Origin: Octopus vulgaris
Taxonomy: Eukaryota
Assembly (NCBI GenBank): GCA_951406725.2
Contig: OX597815.1
Location: forward strand, 67,022,001-67,086,000
DNA: 64,000 nt
Direction: 5' to 3'
The position numbers and the translations under genes are program-made. Position 1 is the stretch's first letter; every line of letters starts with the position of its first letter. The notes below the pieces were generated by a model. The model ran no database searches, was not told the origin of the DNA, and saw only the letters and a list, made by a program, of their open reading frames with translations. Positions 14,201 to 25,254 of the stretch are shown here, piece by piece.

Positions 14201-14377
14201 CAAGAACGAAGATTCACATAATACAGTGTACACAAAAACAATAACAAGAAAAATGATAAAATTCCCAAATAGGAGGGGAGTACCACTCTGGAACAACCAA
14301 GGAATCCCACCGATTTTGGACTTTATAAAATAATAATAAATCATTTTGTGTGAAATAAAATATTTTCTACCTGACAT
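1737..14377 (-). CDS. Spliced gene (3'-incomplete): PLP-dependent serine/threonine dehydratase family (fold type II; catabolic threonine dehydratase/serine racemase-like)
   Basis: Seven exons with GT-AG boundaries and compatible phases join into [71 protein letters not shown]...ASTGNHA...[48 protein letters not shown]...VIGCQP...[14 protein letters not shown]. Motifs present: SFK(V)RG Schiff-base lysine, SxGNH loop and GGGGL phosphate loop. Confidence 0.93.
2020..2425 (+). mobile_element. RTE-type LINE 3' end / RTE-tailed repeat with (ATG)n tail
   Basis: Encodes [28 protein letters not shown] and ends GCCAGCATGGAAAACAGACGTTAAATGATGATG. Related tails at about 8040-8260 (+), 7340-7520 (-), 10170-10330 (-) and 10685-10890 (-). 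Confidence 0.6.
3199..3875 (-). mobile_element. Possible LINE ORF1-like fragment in an intron
   Basis: GC-richer island with a 207-aa [20 protein letters not shown] resembles the RRM motif of LINE ORF1 proteins. It abuts a truncated SINE. Confidence 0.35.
3940..4054 (-). CDS. Dehydratase coding exon 6
   Basis: ttttag acceptor, gtaagt donor; 115 nt encoding [38 protein letters not shown]. Confidence 0.93.
7583..7650 (-). CDS. Dehydratase coding exon 5
   Basis: ttgcag acceptor, gtttgt donor; 68 nt encoding [22 protein letters not shown](G), phase 2. Confidence 0.9.
8399..8557 (-). CDS. Dehydratase coding exon 4
   Basis: taccag acceptor, gtaagt donor; 159 nt encoding [53 protein letters not shown]. 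Confidence 0.92.
9510..9643 (-). CDS. Dehydratase coding exon 3 (PLP lysine)
   Basis: ttctag acceptor, gtaagt donor; 134 nt encoding [45 protein letters not shown]. Confidence 0.93.
9735..10110 (-). mobile_element. tRNA-derived SINE (dominant family), intronic
   Basis: Reverse complement of the same core and tail. Confidence 0.8.
11875..12027 (-). CDS. Dehydratase coding exon 2
   Basis: tttcag acceptor, gtaagt donor; 153 nt encoding (E)[50 protein letters not shown](E). Confidence 0.9.
12165..12440 (+). mobile_element. Degenerate RTE-like RT fragment with Cys-rich insert
   Basis: [11 protein letters not shown]...VCDRC...[13 protein letters not shown]...GGGC, a pattern of RTE-type elements. 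Confidence 0.6.
14371..14377 (-). CDS. Dehydratase coding exon 1 (7 coding nt, ATG TCA G)
   Basis: ATGTCAG|GTAGAA donor. Phase 1 joins the AG at the start of the next exon to give M-S-E-N-S. Confidence 0.6.
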
Positions 14378-15233
14378 CGTTTATTTATATTCTTTCTTCT
14401 GTTAAATTTTCACCAAAGTCACAACGTAACAGCAGAATATTGTATATAAACTCAGTTACTGATAGTCAATATATATATGTTTTCTTAAAACAATCTGTAT
14501 GCAGGTTATTCTGTTAAAGAGAACGTTAAAATAGTTAGATATGAGTGTGCGAGAGTGCGTACTTGAACTTTCAGTGGAACCTTAGATATGTTTAAGGGAG
14601 ATAAGTATCGATGAAATGGATAAAGTGGAGATAACAAAGAAGGAAACACCTAACAGACAATGGGCGCGCGACGATTTTCTTTTCGTTCCTGTCTACCAAA
14701 TACACTTACGAGGCTTTTGACGGTCTATGGTTGAAGTCGTAGACAAGGAGCCATGCACCCAACCACATCATTCCTGGACTGAACCTGGAACTATGTGGTT
14801 GAGGAGCAAACTTCTTACCACACAGCTACGCCTAAGCATCTATCTATCTATCTATCTATCTGTCCGTCCGTCCGTCTGTCTGTCTGTCTGTCTGCTTCTG
14901 TATGTATGTATGTATGTATGTATGTATGTATGAATTTGTATGCGTGTGTTTCCTATATATGCAATTGAAGAAGTATTAAATTGCAATAACCATCTATCAT
15001 ATACAATGTGTGCATACTATCGATAGGCCAGTTACTGTAGTATTTTTCCTGAGGTAATATCTCTCACAGATGGGCTGTGCTAGGAATACAAATATCAGAG
15101 AAGAAAATTTGTCCCAGCAGCCGCCAGAGGCATTACGTTTCCCTCTGATATTTTGTGAGTTTTTAACACAACCATCCTTAACAGATATTATATCGGGACA
15201 AATATTGCAGTATTTATTGATTATGATACATAG

Positions 15234-18106
15234 ACTGTTTTTCGGTCAGACAGGAAGGAAAGAACTCATGGTGGGGTTGCCCTGTACGTCCGTGAAGATG
15301 TCACACCCATAGTACTGTTGACACACTCAAACTCAGTCTGTGACACACTGATAGTACACATGAAACAACCGAAAATAGTAATGTGTCACATATCGGCCAC
15401 CAGACACCCCTAGTCATGAAGGAGTGTTTGAAGATAGCCTCAGAAGAATAGAAGAAGTCCTGGACAAACTGGACCAGGGTAACACCATTCTACTGCTGGG
15501 AGATTTTAACCTTCCGAAAGTCAAATGGCCAGACGGCCATCTCCTCCCTGGAATGACATCACTTGAACAGAGACAGACAGAGTCCTTGTTGGCTCTCACA
15601 CGCAAGTTTTTCATAGAACAAGCAGTGCTTCGGCCAACAAGAGGTGAGAATGTCTTGGACCTCTGTTTCACAAGCAACCCGATGCTCATCCACAACATAA
15701 TGGTAACACCAACAATTCTCTCAGATCACAACTTAGTAGAGGTAATGATATATGGTATGAGAGAGTTAGTTGAGACGCAGCCATTAGAAAATACCACAGG
15801 CCTATCCAGTCTAAACTTCCATAAGGCAAACTGGAAGAAGATCAACGAAGAGATCCGAAAACATGACTGGAGTGACTTCATCACCACACAAGACACCAAC
15901 ACACATTTCCAACATTTCATGACAACAATACAGAACATATGCCATAAGTTTGTCCCGGAGAAAAAAGCCAGCGGGCATAGGAACGTTATTCCCAGAGACA
16001 GGAAAATACTTATGAGGCGAAGAGCTAAGCTCTCGAAGCAACTGAATGCACGGCAGAGAAACAATGAGGGACTCCACCTGAAACTTTTTGAAACGGAAAC
16101 TGCACTCAAACTTTCCTATGAGAAGGAGAGGGCAGAGAGAGAAGCCAGGACCATAGAGAATATTAAAACAAACCCTAAAGCCTTCTTTAAATTTGCGAAA
16201 GAAATCACCTCGGTACACTGCAAGATTGGCCCACTCTTTGATAAAAAGGGCTCTCTAACTGAGGACCCCCAAGGGATAAGTGAAATACTAAAGGAACAGT
16301 ATAAAAGTGTGTTCACATCCCCTCTGGGGCACATGCAAATCACAAACCCAGAAGTTTTCTTTGATGCCACAACACTCCAAAACCAAACAACAACCATCGA
16401 CCACATAGACATAACAGAGAGGGATGTAATATCTGCCATAGAAGAAATGAGAATAAACTCAGCTGCTGGACCAGATGGATTCCCAGCAGTCCTCCTAAAA
16501 ACATGCAGGCATGCCCTAGCGGGACCACTGAAGAAGCTCTTCAGTGGTTCCTTGGCTAACGGTAAACTGCCCAGGGCGCTAAAAGAAGACACCATATGCC
16601 CTATCCACAAAGGAGGGAGTAGAGCAGAGGCCAAAAACTACAGGCCAGTCTCCCTGACGTCACACATAAGTAAGGTCATGGAACGAATCATCAGAAAAAA
16701 ACTGATCACGTTCCTCGAAGAAACTAACCGTCTCACTGACACACAGCATGGCTTTCGCCCAGGAAGAAGCTGCCTTACGCAGCTGTTACAACACTACGAC
16801 TGGGTACTGAAACAACTACTGGATCGCTCACAGGTGGATGTGGTATATCTCGACTTTGCGAAGGCCTTTGACAAAGTCGACCACGGAGTGATATGTCACA
16901 AATTACTCAGACTCGGCATAACAGGAAAAGTAGGTGAGTGGATACATGACTTCCTGAAGGACAGAAGCCAGATGGTTGCAGCCAATGGAGCCCTCTCGGG
17001 AAAGACACCAATAGCAAGCGGGGTGCCACAGGGCACAGTCTTGGGACCCTTGCTGTTTTTGGTGGCGCTCTCTGACATGCCCCTGGTAGCACAAACAACA
17101 TCCCTCACTAGCTATGCTGATGACACAAAGGTAGCACAGGCAATCAAAAACCCAGCTGATGCTGACCTTTTACAACAAGATCTGGATGCCATATACAAAT
17201 GGGCTGAAGACAACAACATGCAATTTAATGCTGGTAAATTTCAAGCCTTACAATATCAAGCTGTAAACACATATACATTACAACACAACTATACTGGTCC
17301 AGGAGGGATCGAAATCCCAGTATCGAAATCAATACGGGACCTGGGGATAGACATGAGTGACGATGCATCTTTTTCTTCACACATCGCGAAGGTGGCGACA
17401 ATGTGCAGACGACTCACTGGCTGGATCCTGAGGACATTCCGGACAAGAGACTGCGAGACCATGTTGACACTATGGAGGACATTTGTCCTAAGCCACCTGG
17501 ACTACTGCTCCCAACTGTGGTCACCGCATAGTGTCAAACTAACCACAGAGCTTGAGACAATCCAAAGACATTTCACCAAGAGGATTTCCACCATGAAAGA
17601 AAAGAACTATTGGGAGAGGCTTAGGGAACTCAAGTTGTACTCCTTGGAACGAAGACGAGAGAGATATGCAGTGATATACATATGGAAAATCCTGGAGGGA
17701 CTAGCACCAAATTTTGGAATTGAGAGCTGTTCCAATCCCCGTACAGGACGTCACTGTGTGGTGCCAAAGGTCCCGTCTTCCACATCCAGGGTAAGGAGCA
17801 GATACTGTAATAGCCTGGGGTTCAGGGGCCCTCAGCTGTTCAACAAACTGCCAAGAAAACTAAGAGATCTACATGATGCGGATGTGGACATTTTCAAAAA
17901 ACATCTAGACAAGCTGCTTTCCGGGATCCCAGATGAACCCACTGCAAGGTACGAAGGTAACCTAAGGGCAGCAGCTACAAACTCTCTCTTAGATCAGTGG
18001 CCAGCCACGGCAAACTGGACTTAGAGAGGGTAGCAACAAGGGCGGTGCCCCAGCATGGCCTCAGCCGGATGGCTGAAACAAGTAAAAGAGTAAAAGAGTA
18101 AAAGAG
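15234..18106 (+). mobile_element. 5'-truncated CR1/L2-group LINE (APE endonuclease + RT)
   Basis: Starts inside the endonuclease (VFRSDRKERTHGGVALYVRE), has a frameshift near 15390 (then YRPP), an open ORF2 to 18024, a short 3'UTR with a hairpin, and (GTAAAAGA)x3. Confidence 0.93.
15424..18024 (+). CDS. LINE ORF2 remnant: C-terminal APE endonuclease + reverse transcriptase (866 aa open)
   Basis: Endonuclease motifs LLGDFNLP, LDL and SDH. RT motifs AGPDG, NYRPVSLTS, QHGFR, YLDFAKAFDKV, GVPQGTVLGPLLF and YADD. The C-terminal LDYCSQLWSP and LERRRER are CR1-like. Confidence 0.92.
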   Translation: MFEDSLRRIEEVLDKLDQGNTILLLGDFNLPKVKWPDGHLLPGMTSLEQRQTESLLALTRKFFIEQAVLRPTRGENVLDLCFTSNPMLIHNIMVTPTILSDHNLVEVMIYGMRELVETQPLENTTGLSSLNFHKANWKKINEEIRKHDWSDFITTQDTNTHFQHFMTTIQNICHKFVPEKKASGHRNVIPRDRKILMRRRAKLSKQLNARQRNNEGLHLKLFETETALKLSYEKERAEREARTIENIKTNPKAFFKFAKEITSVHCKIGPLFDKKGSLTEDPQGISEILKEQYKSVFTSPLGHMQITNPEVFFDATTLQNQTTTIDHIDITERDVISAIEEMRINSAAGPDGFPAVLLKTCRHALAGPLKKLFSGSLANGKLPRALKEDTICPIHKGGSRAEAKNYRPVSLTSHISKVMERIIRKKLITFLEETNRLTDTQHGFRPGRSCLTQLLQHYDWVLKQLLDRSQVDVVYLDFAKAFDKVDHGVICHKLLRLGITGKVGEWIHDFLKDRSQMVAANGALSGKTPIASGVPQGTVLGPLLFLVALSDMPLVAQTTSLTSYADDTKVAQAIKNPADADLLQQDLDAIYKWAEDNNMQFNAGKFQALQYQAVNTYTLQHNYTGPGGIEIPVSKSIRDLGIDMSDDASFSSHIAKVATMCRRLTGWILRTFRTRDCETMLTLWRTFVLSHLDYCSQLWSPHSVKLTTELETIQRHFTKRISTMKEKNYWERLRELKLYSLERRRERYAVIYIWKILEGLAPNFGIESCSNPRTGRHCVVPKVPSSTSRVRSRYCNSLGFRGPQLFNKLPRKLRDLHDADVDIFKKHLDKLLSGIPDEPTARYEGNLRAAATNSLLDQWPATANWT

Positions 18107-18559
18107 ACAACTATTTAAATTTAAGACTGCTTCAATTGCGTATACCGGATTTTTTTTATTCAGAGGGAGGGTTATTAGCAACATCACGAAATGTTCTGTT
18201 CCTTTTTTCCTGTATCAGAGACGATGAATTTTCTCATTCAAGAATAATGTAGACTGTGAGTACACACCATTGAAAAGACCCATGAATACTGAAATGCATC
18301 TGGCATTCTGGCTGGTCGTTTTGGGATGAATTTTCATTTCCCTCTGGTATTTATTTTATTTTTAACACAGTACGTCCATAAGAGATGTTATCTCTAAACA
18401 AATACAGCAGTAAATGGTCTATCGACAGTGTGTGTATGTTAAATGTGATATATGGATCTCTCTCTCCACACACGCGTACACGCACACACACATGTACACA
18501 TGCATACATACATACACACATACACAATTTCTTTGCCTTTTGGTTAAGATGAAAGTATA

Positions 18560-19252
<693 letters not shown>

Positions 19253-19254
<2 letters not shown>

Positions 19255-19590
19255 ACAAATAATTAAGGAATGACCCTGAGAAGGTCGTTCGGCTCACTTG
19301 AAAAGAACAGCTAAACTCAAAACCGCAAAAATAGTAGTAATTCTGAAACTAGAGGAGAAATAAAAACATTTATCCCCTTCATGTTTTTATTTCTCCTCTA
19401 GTTCAGAATTACTACTATTTTTGCGGTTTTGAGTTTAGCTGCTCTTTTCAAGTGAGTCGAACGACCTTCTCAGGGTCATTCCTTAATTATTTGTTGAATA
19501 TATTATATAGTCTGTGACTATCTCTATTTTCTCACTTGACTGCTGGTTGCAGAAAATTTTTCTTGAATTTTTTGTTACCCTTATATTGAT
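19253..19590. repeat. About 225-bp dispersed repeat in head-to-head (palindromic) arrangement
   Basis: Arms 19253-19369 and 19381-19496 with an 11-nt spacer. A single copy of the unit lies at 52925-53149. Both sit in (TA)n. Confidence 0.85.
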
Positions 19591-19612
19591 TGATATATAT
19601 ATATATATATAT

Positions 19613-20550
19613 ATAGTGTAATAAATAAAATATATGCATACATACAAACATATATGTACGTACCTACATCTATATGTATATATACATGCATATATAAATA
19701 TATATACGTGTGTACAGGACACCACAAATAGACGTAGAACTCAACGAGAAACGAAAACGTAAAAACAGCATGGAACGGACCATTTTTTTAACAACGAAAA
19801 AACAGAGTACAAGACAACTACACAAGGAAAAATCCCCTTCATCAGCTGTCCCTAGTTCAACTCCAGCGTGTTTCGAAGGTGAGGACAGAACACGTCTCGT
19901 CGAACTAATCCTTCCTGCGAAAGAATTAAATAAAATTCCTTTGCAGAGGGGTAAAAACAAGGTAAAAAAAAAGTGTGACAAAAACAGGACGTAAAAACAA
20001 TACAATTAAAAACAAATACAAAATAAAATACAATTACAAAAAATACCGTACAAGAAGGAATAGAAACAGGACAGGAAAACAAATAAAGAGGGCCTATAAG
20101 CCTAGACGAGGAAAAAAAAAATTTTTTTCACGAGCGCAGGAAGAAACATGTTTACTTGAACAAGGCCGCCGGTGAAAGAGGTTCGTAGACCCGGCTGTGA
20201 GAGAGATGAGGAGGAGTGAGAGAGAGAAAGAGAGAGAGAGAGGAAGGAAGCAATAGAGGGTGAAAGAAAGAGAGAAGAAGGAGTTATAGGGTTTCGCGTC
20301 ATAATTATATATAAAAACCAGCTTAGAGAATCGACGCGAAGGCGCTCAATCATACAATAGTGTAATAAATAAAATATATGCATACATACAAACATATATG
20401 TACGTACCTACATCTACATGTATATATACATGCATATATAAATATATATACGTGTGTACAGGACACCACAAATAGACGTAGAACTCAACGAGAAACGAAA
20501 ACGTAAAAACAGCATGGAACGGACCATTTTTTTAAACAACGAAAAAACAG
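19613..20550 (-). mobile_element. Non-coding element with about 193-bp terminal direct repeats (744-bp unit)
   Basis: 19613-19805 is nearly identical to 20357-20550. Internal hammerhead-like GAAAC/CUGAUGA motifs at about 19835-19910 on the minus strand. Confidence 0.7.
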
Positions 20551-20718
20551 GTATACACACACACACACACATATATATTAATCAACCGAAATTGCGAGGA
20601 TGATTCGGTTCTTGACTGAAGATTGAAGGCTTCAAATGTCCCGTCCGTGTTTTTTGTGTCGTCATCAAAATGTTTTGCGTTTTTGTCCCAGTTTGTATTA
20701 TATATATATATATACATG

Positions 20719-20769
<51 letters not shown>

Positions 20770-20887
20770 TCATATACATATATATATATAACGTATTCAG
20801 CCAACATGTATGTATGTACACACACACATTCTCACACACACGCACATGCATAGGCACACACACATATTGATGCATATTTACACACTC

Positions 20888-20920
<33 letters not shown>

Positions 20921-21878
20921 CATGCATAATACATACATACATACATACATGCATGCATGCATGCAAATATGTGAATGGAAATTACGTTCAGACATGGTAG
21001 CTAGACCTGGTAGAAATAGCAGCCAAATCTCCCTCAAAACACCCTACTGTCTTAATCCGATAATTCTGCCTATTATGTAGTTTGAATGTGAAACTGTAAG
21101 TAAAGATTAAGATTATTAACCCCACAAAGAGGTGAAAGAAGAGAGACAGCATAGCGAAAGTTTTGGCTGACTGTCATCCTGTACTCCTCTTGTTGGTAGC
21201 GAAATGGTATATGCCTGCTGTGTGAGCAACTGGTGGTTTTAATGGCGGAACAAACGAAAATTCCGTTAAAAAAGGTTTTAATCGATTTTCACGGTAAGTA
21301 TGGGGGCTATGAAAAAAATACAAACCGCATTTCAATCTATGTACCCGTCTCCACATGTGTGTCATTTTTCATGCGAATCCACCCAGCCGTTTGGCTGTGA
21401 ACCTCAAGACAAGAAAGACTACAACGATCACCCATGTCCAATTTATATTATAGAAGATATATGTATTTATGTATATACATAACATACATGCATACATGCA
21501 TATACATGAAATATACATTCATGCGTTTATACATTTAGGCATACACACACATACATAAGCGGAGTTCGGCCGCTTGCATCAATCCCAGTGTTCAACTAGT
21601 ACTTATTTTATCGACCCCAAAAGGATGAAAAGCAAAGCCGATCTCGGCGGAATATAAACACAGAAGTAAAGACGGACGAAATACTGTTAAGCATTTTGTC
21701 CGGTGTGCTCACCGCCTAAACATCGCCAGCTCACCGCCTTAACACATACATAATATTGAAATAGATTGCTTATCTCGTGACTCAAATTTCACGCCTGTGC
21801 GATCTTCAAACGTGATATTTGAGTGGTGAGATAAAAATTCAGTTTCAATACTCTACAATACTTATTGAGTCATTTGTT

Positions 21879-22108
21879 CAATATATGTTTTTATGAGCAA
21901 CTATTAGTTTCATGAACTGAGAACAAACCAAACAGTGTTTTATAACTGACCTCCCAGCACAATTATCAGACATTGTCCACACGGCATGACAAGTTATGCC
22001 ACGTGGGCAGTGTCTGATGATTGTGCTGGAATACCAGACGTGTTATAACACACTATTTGGCATATTCTCAGCATATGAAACAAATAGTAGCACATAAAAC
22101 ATATATTG
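21879..22108. mobile_element. Foldback/MITE-like imperfect palindrome
   Basis: Arms of about 110 bp centred near 21991, e.g. CAGCACAATTATCAGACATTGTCCAC / GTGGGCAGTGTCTGATGATTGTGCTG. Confidence 0.7.
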
Positions 22109-22194
22109 TGTTTATTAAAAAATATTTATTTCTCGCCTGATGGAATACTTTTTTTGTTGATCGTACCATCACGGAACAGTACACTATATAATAA

Positions 22195-22460
22195 TAGGAG
22201 CACTCCGTCGGTTACGACGACAAGGGTCCCAGCTGATACGATCAACGGAACTGCTTGCTCGTGAAATTAACGTGCAAATGGCTGAGCACTTCACAGACAC
22301 GTGTGGTCCTTAACGTAGTTCCCAGGGAGATTCAGCGTGACACAAAGTGTGACAAAGCCGGCCCTTTGAAATACAGGTACTACTCATTTTTGCCAGCTGA
22401 GTGGACTGGAGCAACGTGAAATAAAGTGTCTTGCTCAAGGACACAACGCGTCGCCGGGAA
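22195..22460 (-). mobile_element. Third SINE family (core GTGTCCTTGAGCAAGACACTTTATTTCACGTTGCTCCAGTCCACTCAGCTGG)
   Basis: Related degenerate copies at about 5490-5580, 23170-23290 and 62160-62295. Confidence 0.7.
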
Positions 22461-22486
22461 ACTATATATATATATATATATATATA

Positions 22487-22867
22487 GGAGTGGCTGTGTG
22501 GCAAGTAGCTCGCTTACGAACCACATGGTTCCACGTTCAGTCCCACTGCGTGGCATCTTGGGCAAGTGTCTTCTACTATAGCTTCGGGCCGACCAAAGCC
22601 TTGTGAGTAGATTTGGTAGCCCGTCGTATATATGTATATATATATGTATGTGTGTGTGTATATGTTTGTGTGTCTGTGTTTGTCCCCCCAGCATCGCTTG
22701 ACAACCGATGATGGTGTGTTTACGTCCCCGTGAATTAGCGGTTCGGTAAAAGAGACCGATAAAATAAGTACTAGGCTTACAAAGAATAAGTCCTGGGATC
22801 GATTTGCTCGGACTAAAGGCGGTGATCCAGCACGGTCATAGTCAAATGACTGAAACAAGTAAAAGAG
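22487..22867 (+). mobile_element. tRNA-derived SINE (dominant family)
   Basis: Same head, core and tail as 1142-1545; ends GGCGGTGATCCAGCACGG...AGTCAAATGACTGAAACAAGTAAAAGAG. Confidence 0.85.
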
Positions 22868-22868
22868 T

Positions 22869-22933
<65 letters not shown>

Positions 22934-22934
22934 C

Positions 22935-23028
<94 letters not shown>

Positions 23029-23305
23029 GCATGATGGACTCTCCCGTCGAAGACGATGTATGAGCGTTCAGCTTTTGCCGAACGACCTGCTCAAATAATT
23101 TGTTTATAATGATCAAATGTATGTGCCACACATTAGCTCACTCTCTCCATTAAATAAACGTTGTTTGAACAGGTGCACAGTGTATCACGCATTAGGTGTG
23201 TCGAAGTGATTGCAGAGCAATGCGTGATGAAGTGTTTTGCTCACGGACTAGGAATTGAAATCTCGATCGCTAAATTGTGAGTGCAACATCATAACCATTA
23301 ATCAC

Positions 23306-23408
<103 letters not shown>

Positions 23409-23499
23409 CGGTTCCAAAGTCATCAAGGTGTCTGGATATTTAATATGCTTTTATCTATTAAATCTTTTTTTTATAGTTCTTTTAGGTATTCTGTAATGG

Positions 23500-24077
23500 A
23501 AGCTTTGGAAATTAATCACAGAAAAATACACGACTGAACAAGGAACACAAATAGCGAACTTTTTTTATCAAAACCAAGGATCAATAATTCAAACTCAACG
23601 AGCATATCGTTGCCATTATGTTGTGAGAGATTCTCTAAGTAAGCCTATAATTAGGAATTTGATTCGCTGTTTTGAGAGTAAAAGTTTAGTAAGCGACCTT
23701 CCACAAAGTAGCAGACACTTTCAGCAAGGAACGAAAGAGTACTCGAACGAGTAACAGAAAGTGTTGAAGAAGATCGGAGCACGTAAACTCCTAGTCGGTC
23801 ACAATAGGTTGGGATCTCTCGGACTTCACTCCAACGAATTCTTAAGTGAATCAACCAGTTTCCACACAAAGTACAGTCAGTGGAACAACTGAAGCCACAT
23901 GATTACGACCAGAGACTGCAATATGCAGTCAGAATTCAAGAATTACCAAGCGAAGAACCTGAATTTATCCACAAACTCATAATGTCGCATGAAGCACATT
24001 TTCATTTGAATGACTTTTTTAATAGACAAAATTGCAGAATTTGGGGTTTGAAAAATCGTATCTATATCGCTCTATGA
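23500..24077 (+). pseudogene. Tc1/mariner transposase remnant (rosa/DD41D-like)
   Basis: Disrupted N-terminal HTH (NQGSIIQTQRAYR, GISRTSLQRILK), then EQLKPHDYDQRLQYA...IMSHEAHFHLNDFFNRQNCRIWG (SDEAHF motif). Confidence 0.8.
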
Positions 24078-24159
24078 CTGAAAATTTCTTACATCCATCA
24101 CTTTACAGTGACATTCAATTCAGGGGCTTATGTAACTTTCAATCCCAAAGTTAGAGCCT

Positions 24160-24520
24160 AGACCTGCCAAGATCTTTTATATTAGATTTTTAGCCTCTTC
24201 CTGTGCCGCATACTTCAATTTTTTAGTGAATGTACTTCAATTATGGTATTGTTTCTTCCTCTTTTATGTCGATGTAAACAATGATTGCATCTTCTCTCTG
24301 TAGATCAGCAGTGTTGAAGAACTCATTTGGTATACTTATTTGTGAAATCATCAAGGTGTTGAGTATTTGGTATATTTATTTGTGAAACCACCAGGTGTTG
24401 ATTATCTCTCATTTCCCTTATTCTTGTGCGGTTTGCAGTCAGTGAGCCATTTCCTTCAAACAGTGGCCCTATCTTGTAACACACCGAGGAAGAATCTTCT
24501 GTTTCATCATCACCTTTTTA
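24160..24520 (-). mobile_element. Old CR1-group LINE fragment
   Basis: KIGPLFEGNGSLT region, homologous to KIGPLFDKKGSLT of the young LINE. Confidence 0.65.
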
Positions 24521-24605
24521 TTTTACTTTATTAGTAACTTCGTTTTATTAAGCATATCATTATACAAATGCAGTTTGTTCTCTGTATGACGAATCAGGAG
24601 TTATA

Positions 24606-24847
24606 CAGTGTGCGGCAGAAATACCTCCCATATTTTACAGAATGGCAAGTGTCTCAAAAGCAAAAGCACGGTGTGCACCGACTTGAACACTTCACGTGAT
24701 GGTAACTGAATAATAATAATGAAAAACAAAAACAAAACCCAACCAGTAAAACATTAGCTACATAAAGGCACTATTACCACCTGTCTAACTCCCCTAGATA
24801 ATGTGTATCGAACTAACAAAAGTGGGAGGTTTTTCTGCCGCACCCTG
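24606..24847. mobile_element. Tc1/mariner-type MITE
   Basis: TIRs of about 25 bp, CAGTGTGCGGCAGAAATACCTCCCA / TGGGAGGTTTTTCTGCCGCACCCTG; TA on the left flank. Confidence 0.8.
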
Positions 24848-25254
24848 CACTATGATACACAGCATATTCATGCTGAGTTAGCTAAGACGTCTACTTTGAT
24901 CAGTACAACAGTTAATGAACTCATTTTGACTATTAGGTGATAAATAATAAACATGCATGCATTATTAATGTGAAAAGCCTTAACTTTAACGTTAATACCT
25001 AACGAATTTCCCTTACATCTTTCATCAAGCAATTGGGTTTATGCCCCTAAAAGTTAGTCTTCGTTCAAGAAACAGTTTAACATTTAAAATATGCTATCAA
25101 ATTTTCTTCCAAACGTTTTTTCTGATCTTTAATACTTTGAACTGAAAGACTATCAACTAACATTTTATGCGATAATTGTAATTCCAAGTTTCAGATGTTG
25201 ACCATAACAAAGTTTGTACTTTGATAAGATTTCAGTGTGCATATTGCAATTTTC

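Noticed and set aside
15414-17108. Antisense ORFs overlapping the LINE
   Set aside because: Shadow frames of ORF2.
20585-20645. CCGAAATTGCG...CTGAAGA hammerhead-like motifs (similar at 28656-28700)
   Set aside because: Could not assemble a complete core with three consistent stems; at best decayed.
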